Part shown: piece after piece, positions 57,924 through 64,000 of the stretch
Position numbering within the stretch: position 1 is the first letter of the stretch
How the letters are laid out: every line of letters starts with the position of its first letter
NCBI GenBank assembly: GCA_963804955.1
Contig: CAWDSQ010000008.1
Location: forward strand, 96,001-160,000
Origin: an uncultured delta proteobacterium
Lineage (GTDB): Bacteria; Desulfobacterota; WTBG01; CAIYCZ01; CAIRTM01
Reading direction: 5' to 3'
Length of the DNA: 64,000 bases
Translations under genes and position numbers: made by a program
The notes under the pieces: generated by a model
What the model was told of the DNA's origin: nothing
Seen by the model: the letters and a program-made list of their open reading frames with translations, nothing else
Databases searched by the model: none

Positions 57924-58776
57924 TCACCTATCCTGTCCAAGTTTACAGCTGTGGCTGCTTTCATCCATTGCCCGGGCTTCTTGCTTCCTTGTAGGCGGAA
58001 AGCCGCTGCATGAGCCCGTCAAAATCGACCTGATGGCCGTCGAATTCGGGGCCATCGACGCAGGTGAACTGGTTTTTGCCGCCGACCGAGACGCGGCAGC
58101 CGCCGCACATGCCCGTACCGTCGATCATGATGGAGTTGAGGCTCACCAGCGTTTGAATGCCATGGGGGCGGGTCATGTTCGCGATTGCCTTCATCATGGG
58201 CACGGGGCCTGCTGCCACGACCGTTGAAATTTTCTGGCCGCTGTCGATAAACTCTTTAAGAATATCTGACACAAAACCATGATGGCCGCAGGAGCCGTCG
58301 TCGGTGCAGACCTTGAGCTGGCTTGAGGCGGCAGTCATTTTATCTTCCATAATGAGCAGGTCTTTGGTGCGGGCGCCGATGATGGCAATGACCTGGTTGC
58401 CCGCATTTTTAAAGCCCTTGGTAATGGGATGCACAACGGCCGTGCCCGTGCCGCCGCCGATGCAGATGACAAGGCCCTCCTGCTTTTCGACATGGGTTGG
58501 CTGCCCGAGGGGGCCGAGCACATCGGTAAATCCCTGCCCGACCTGCAGGGTTTTGAAAAGGGCGGTTGATTTGCCCACGACCTGGTAAATGATGGTTATG
58601 GTTCCCTGCGCGGGATCAGTATCGGCCATGGTGAGCGGTATGCGCTCGCCGGTCTCATTTGCCCGCAGTATGACAAACTGGCCGGGCCGTGCTTTTGCCG
58701 CAATTTTGGGCGCGCGGATCACGTTCATGACCACGGTGCCCTGTGCCATTTCCGAGCGTTCAAGAATTTCAAACAT
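57924..58776 (-). CDS. nfnA: Nfn small subunit (NfnA/SudB)
   Basis: PGQFVI..GERIPLT, GPLG, GGGTG, DGTGMCGGCR..CVDGPEF. Confidence 0.9.
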
Positions 58777-58937
58777 GCAAACCTCCGTCTTTTTAGAATA
58801 TTTTACAGCGCTATAAGCAAACAGCAATTATTGCTCAATTTAAAATATTTATTATGAATGAACTCCGGGGAAAGTCAATACAGCACTCACGAGACACGGT
58901 GACAGGTTTTGGATGAATTGTGAACCGAAAGTGGCAA

Positions 58938-60319
58938 TCACTGTTTCCGTGACCGTTCGTATTGCATCAAAAACAACGCTGCAGAGCGTGTCGATTTCTT
59001 TTTCTCTGATCGCAAGCGGCGGCATGAGCACGATAACATCGCCAAGGGGGCGTATGATGACGCCGTGTTTTCGCGCCTCCAGTATCACCCGGTGCCCGAT
59101 GCGCTCCTGCGCGGTGTAGGGCTTTTTTGTTTTTCTGTCGGCCACAAGCTCTATGCCGACCATGAAACCGCACTGCCGCACCTGCCCGACATGCTTAAAT
59201 GCTTTCAGTTCCTCAAGCCGGGCCAGAGCTGCCTGATCTTGGGCTGCAGGCGCGGCAGGACTTTTTCTTTCCGGAAAATATCGATATTTGCGCATGCCGC
59301 GGCACAGGCAACCGGGTTGCCCGTATAGGTGTGGCCGTGATAAAATGTTTTGCATTCATGCACTTCTCCCAGAAAAGCGCTGTAGACTTCATCTGTTGCA
59401 AGGGTTGCGGCAAGGGGCAGCGTGCCGCCGGTAATGCCCTTGGCAATGGCCATGATGTCGGGCCGTACATTTTCATGTTCGCAGGCAAACATGCGGCCTG
59501 TTCTGCCGAATCCCGTTGCGACCTCATCGGCAATACACAGCACATTGTAGCGCGAGCAGAGCTCGCGTGCCCCCGAGCAGTAGCCTTTCGGGAACACGAT
59601 CATGCCAGCGGCGCCCTGCACCATGGGCTCCATGATAAAAGCTGCTGTTTCACCGTGACGGGCGCGGAGAATGTCCTCAAGGGCATTCAGGCAGTGCAGC
59701 CCGCATGACGATTGCGTCTTATTGTACGGGCAGCGGTAGCAGTAGGGAGACGCCGCTTTGAAAGTCTTAAAAAGCAGGGGCCGGTAGATTTCATGGAACA
59801 GATCGATGCCCCCGACGCTTACCGCGCCGATAGTGTCGCCGTGATAGGCATTGGCGAGCGATACGAACTTTTTCTTTTTCTTCGTCGCCCGCGATATCTG
59901 CTGCCAGTACTGATAGGCAATCTTGAGAGCTATTTCAACGGCCGTGGAGCCGCTGTCGGAATAAAATACTTTTGTGAGCCCTTCCGGGGCAATGGCGACG
60001 AGCTTTTCTGCAAGCTCGATGGCCGGCACATTGGAAAGCCCCAGCAGCGTGCTGTGGCAGATTTTGCCGACCTGGGCTGATGATGGCGTCATCGATCTGT
60101 TTTTTCCGGTGGCCATGAACAGTGACCCACAGCGATGAAACTCCATCGATGTATGTAGTTGCCGTCAATATCATAGAGATAGGAGCCCTTGCCGCGTTCT
60201 ATGATGAGCGGCTCGCTGCGGCTGTAGTCCTGCATCTGGGTGAAGGGATGCCACAGCCATGTCGTGTCAAGGTGCTTGAGGCGTGTAAGCGCCTGTTTGT
60301 TGCGACGGGGCTTTTCCAT
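58938..60319 (-). CDS. bioA: Adenosylmethionine--8-amino-7-oxononanoate transaminase (frameshifted)
   Basis: WHPFTQM, DGVSSLWV..HGH, SDSGSTAVE, YHGDT, DEVATGFGRTG, AKGITGG, HGHTYTGNP, IRPLG. Confidence 0.93.
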
Positions 60320-60416
60320 GCTTGTTATCCGGCTGCAAGGTTGGTATAATAATTTATTAAACAGCGCAGCATGCTAATGCAGAAAACAGCTCTTGTCAAC
60401 GCACAGATGGAACTCT

Positions 60417-61011
60417 ATGGACGATCAGCAACAGACCACAGCATTTGAATTCGAGCCGGAGCATTTTTTTGATACATTTATCGGGGTTGCACGGCAGCTG
60501 ATTGTGCAGCCACGTGAGTTTTTCAGGCAGCTGCCCGGCGCAAAATCCCTGAGAAACCCCGTTGGCTTTTCTGATGGTCTGCTCTTTCCTGACGGCACTG
60601 TTCGTGGCAAACGCGCGAGGCGGCGGGATTCAGCTTTTTATACTGCTGTGCTGCGCCAATGTTTTCTCGACGATACTCGGGAGCATGGTGATGCACATCC
60701 TGGCAAAGAGGCTGTACCGGTCGCAGGCGCCGTTCGGATCAACGCTGCGGGTTCTGGCCTATGCAAGCCTCATGGACACGGTTTCCTGGATTCCGCTTCT
60801 CGGTCCTCTTGCCTATTTCTACGGCCTCTACCTCATTTTTCTGGGGATTCAGGAGCAGCACCGGCTCACGCCCCGGCAGGCAGCGCTGACCGTCGCGATC
60901 ATTGTCTGCATCGTGACGGCGCTGGCCATGGCCATCATGCTGGCATCGCCGGGAAGCTTTTCGCAGGCTTTGCAGATGCTTGACCCGCAGCAGGCGGAAA
61001 ACAGCCTGTAG
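60417..61011 (+). CDS. Yip1-family membrane protein (frameshifted)
   Basis: P.EFF N-terminus, LRVLAYAS, WIPLLG, LIFLGI pattern. Confidence 0.7.
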
Positions 61012-61016
61012 CCGGC

Positions 61017-62013
61017 CTAGTCGCTGTCATTGTCAGCGCCGACTTCAGCTCTCTTCACAAGCCCTCCGAAGGACAGCTTTTGAAAAGGCAGCAATAGCAG
61101 CCCGATCAGAATAGCGGGCGACATCTGCAGGAAGTGCAGGGCCACGGCATAGGATAAAGCCTCTGATTTTGCTATGCCGAACGAGGTCAGCCCCAGAACG
61201 CAGGCATAATGATAGGTGCCGATAAATCCCGGCGCCGCCGGAATCATGACGCCAAGGGCAATAATGGCAAGAATGGCAAAAGCGTTAAAGATTGAAAGGT
61301 TCATGCCGAAAGCATAAAACAATACATAGTTGGAGACCCCGACCAGCAGCCAGTTCACCAATGACAGCAGCAGGACCCAGAGCGTTTTTTTTACATCAGG
61401 CAGCAGCTGCAGCCCTTCCAGAAAGGAGTCCGCAAGATGGGCTGCGGGCTTGCCGATCCGGTCAGGCAGGAACCCCAGGACTTTGCCGATTATCTGAGCG
61501 GAAAAATCCCGTTTGGTGCCGAGTATAATAAGCACGGTCAGACCGGTAAGAGAGATCGTCAGCATGATGATGCCGGCTTTAAAAATCTCGGGCGGTAGCG
61601 AAATTTTGACAAGCACGACAAATAAAAAAATCATGAGGGTCAGCAGGTCAAAAACCCGCTCAAGCACCACGGTTGCCATGGTGGCCGACATCCGCACACC
61701 GCTTTGCTGCTTCACAAGATACGGCCGGACGAATTCCCCCAGCCTGGCCGGCAGAACCCCTATGGCCATAAAACCGATAGAAGAGAGCTTGAAAAGCGTC
61801 CACTGGTCATAGGATACCAGCCTGTTCGAGCATGACCCCCCACCGGTATGACCGCAGATACAGGCTGGCAAGACTCGTCAAAACCACGGGAATAACATAC
61901 CCGTACTGCATAGCGCTGAAGCTTGCCGCCACTTCGGAAAAATTGATGCCGCGCAGCACAAAGTAGATGCAGATGCAGCTGACGGCAATTCCCGCGAGGA
62001 TATTTTTTTTCAT
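61017..62013 (-). CDS. Lysylphosphatidylglycerol synthase TM-region / UPF0104 flippase-like protein (frameshifted)
   Basis: RSYRW, LPARLGEFVRP, ERVFD, IPAAPGFIGTYH. Confidence 0.8.
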
Positions 62014-62310
62014 AGCCCTCACCAGACAGCGCTTTTTTAATCAAGACCAGAACCGACATGCCGATACTATAAAAACACGACGGTTGTATAAACAATCCCC
62101 GTACGCAGTGCTCAAAAGAGCCTACGCTACGGTAATTTTGTCAAAATAGCACACTATCAATACAATATCTTTGTGATTTTTTGCAAACAAAAAACTTTAC
62201 AAGTCGCTTGAAATCAATAAATAATATGAAAAAAACTTTTATTCTGTGCTGCAAAATTTTTTGGCCTTTATGTCCGGAAGTCACAACCTGTTTTGCAAGG
62301 ATTTCAGTAT

Positions 62311-64000
62311 ATGGCTGAAAAAATCGGCGGTTTGCTTTTAAAAAAGGGGGCCATTACCCCTGAGCAGCTTGATGCCGCGCTGGCTTTTCAAAAAGAAAAA
62401 AATGTAAGGCTCGGCGTGGCATTGACACGCTTGAATCTTGTTAAAGAAAGCGTGCTGCTGCAGACCTTAAGCGAACAGCATGGCGTGCCGGCCATGAAGC
62501 TTTCGGAGTTTTCCATAGACCCGGATGTCATAAAAATCATTCCTCCGGAAGTCGCTGAAAAATATATGGTCCTGCCGATTTCGCTTAAAAATGCGACGTT
62601 GATCGTAGCAATGACCGACCCGTCAAACATTTTCGCCCTTGACGATCTGAAATTTCTCACCGGCTACCGGGTAGAGCCATTTGTTGCTGCCGATGAAGCG
62701 ATTATGACCTCCATCGACCACTATTATCAGACAGCCACCTCGGCAGACAGTCTTTTGAGTAATTTTGAAGACACTGATGTTGAGAGTGTTGATCTATCAG
62801 ATAATTTTGATCTCAATGAGCTTGCCCAGGAAAGCGAGGACGCGCCGATCATAAAACTGGTCAACGCGGTTCTTTCGGAGGCTGTTGAGCGGGGGGCCAG
62901 CGATATTCATATTGAATCCTATGAAAAAAGCTTCCGGATCAGATACCGCGTCGACGGCACGCTTTCGGAAGTCATGAAGCCGCCCATGAAAATGCGCAAT
63001 GCCATCGTGTCGCGCATCAAAATCATGTCAAAGCTGGACATTGCCGAGCGGCGGATGCCGCAGGACGGGCGCATCAAATTAAAAATGGGCAAAAACCGCG
63101 AAATGGATTACCGCGTGTCGGTGCTGCCCACGCTGTTCGGGGAAAAGGTGGTCATGCGGCTGCTGGACAAATCAAATCTCCAGCTCGACATGACCAAGCT
63201 CGGATTCGATGAGCAGCAAATAGTTGATTTCAAGGAGGGCATTTACAAACCCTACGGCATGGTGCTCGTGACGGGGCCAACCGGCAGCGGCAAAACCACA
63301 ACGCTCTACTCAGCCCTTTCAGAGCTGAACAAGGTGACGGAAAACATTTCAACGGCCGAAGACCCGGTCGAGTTCAACCTTGAAGGCATCAACCAGGTCC
63401 AGATTCATGAAGATATCGGCCTTAATTTCGCCTCCGCTCTGCGCTCATTTCTCCGGCAGGACCCCGATATCATCCTGGTTGGCGAAATCCGGGATTTTGA
63501 AACAGCTGAAATCGGCATTAAGGCCGCTTTGACGGGCCATATGGTGCTGAGCACGCTGCATACCAATGATGCTCCAAGCACGATCAACCGCCTGCTCAAT
63601 ATGGGCATTGAGCCATTTCTGGTATCATCGGCCGTCAATCTCATCGTTGCCCAGCGCCTTGCGCGCAAGATATGCCCCGACTGCAGGGAGCCCAGAAGCC
63701 AGGATTACAGAAGAAATGCTGGCAAAGCTGGGCCCGGTGCCCGAGGGCTTTCATGATGCCGTTATGTATAAAGGCAGGGGCTGCGACACCTGCAAGGGCT
63801 CGGGCCACAAGGGCCGCATCGCGCTGTATGAAGTAATGACCATGTCAGAGCCGCTCAAAGAGCTCGTGCTGCAGGGTGCATCTTCCATTGAAATCAAGCG
63901 GGAGGCCATAAATCTGGGCATGAAAACTTTGCGCCAGAGCGGCATTCAGAAAATGATTCAGGGCGTTACCACCCTTGAAGAGGTGCTCAGATCGTCGGTG
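62311..64000 (+). CDS. pilB: Type IV-A pilus assembly ATPase (frameshift near 63700; runs to the window edge)
   Basis: MshEN-like N-terminus, ASDIHIE, ERRMPQDGR, GPTGSGKTT, EDPVE, GEIRD, STLHTND, CxxC..CxxC. Confidence 0.95.

Overview
64 kb of chromosome from an anaerobic deltaproteobacterium (Desulfobacterota-like, inferred from Nfn, split RdgC, sigma54 systems and REP families). Many genes, including essential serS, are broken by 1-nt indels, so most frameshifts are probably long-read assembly errors. Left part (1-22 kb) is an accessory signalling/surface region: two paralogous multi-PAS histidine kinases, a REC-PilB/GspE ATPase-REC fusion next to duplicated Hpt genes, tandem BspA-type LRR surface proteins, an IS630 remnant and a His-less pseudo-kinase. 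Middle (22-35 kb) is housekeeping: rpoH, gamma-CA, glgP, a sigma54 two-component system, pilD, two tRNA-Ser, serS, split rdgC. 35.6-45.8 kb is a defence island: type I R-M (hsdM-hsdS-NYN-hsdR), coupled radC and an AEP-primase/SF2-helicase. Right part is housekeeping/metabolic: lpxA, trmB, GGDEF, yggS, MFS, AAA+/VWA pair, nfnAB, bioA, pilB. Best candidates for new biology: (i) an NYN RNase with a divergent small structured RNA inside the R-M operon, (ii) a phosphorelay apparently ending directly on a pilus/secretion ATPase, (iii) nested inverted heptamer-repeat arms bracketing a whole kinase gene. All family calls come from motif recognition by eye, not database searches.
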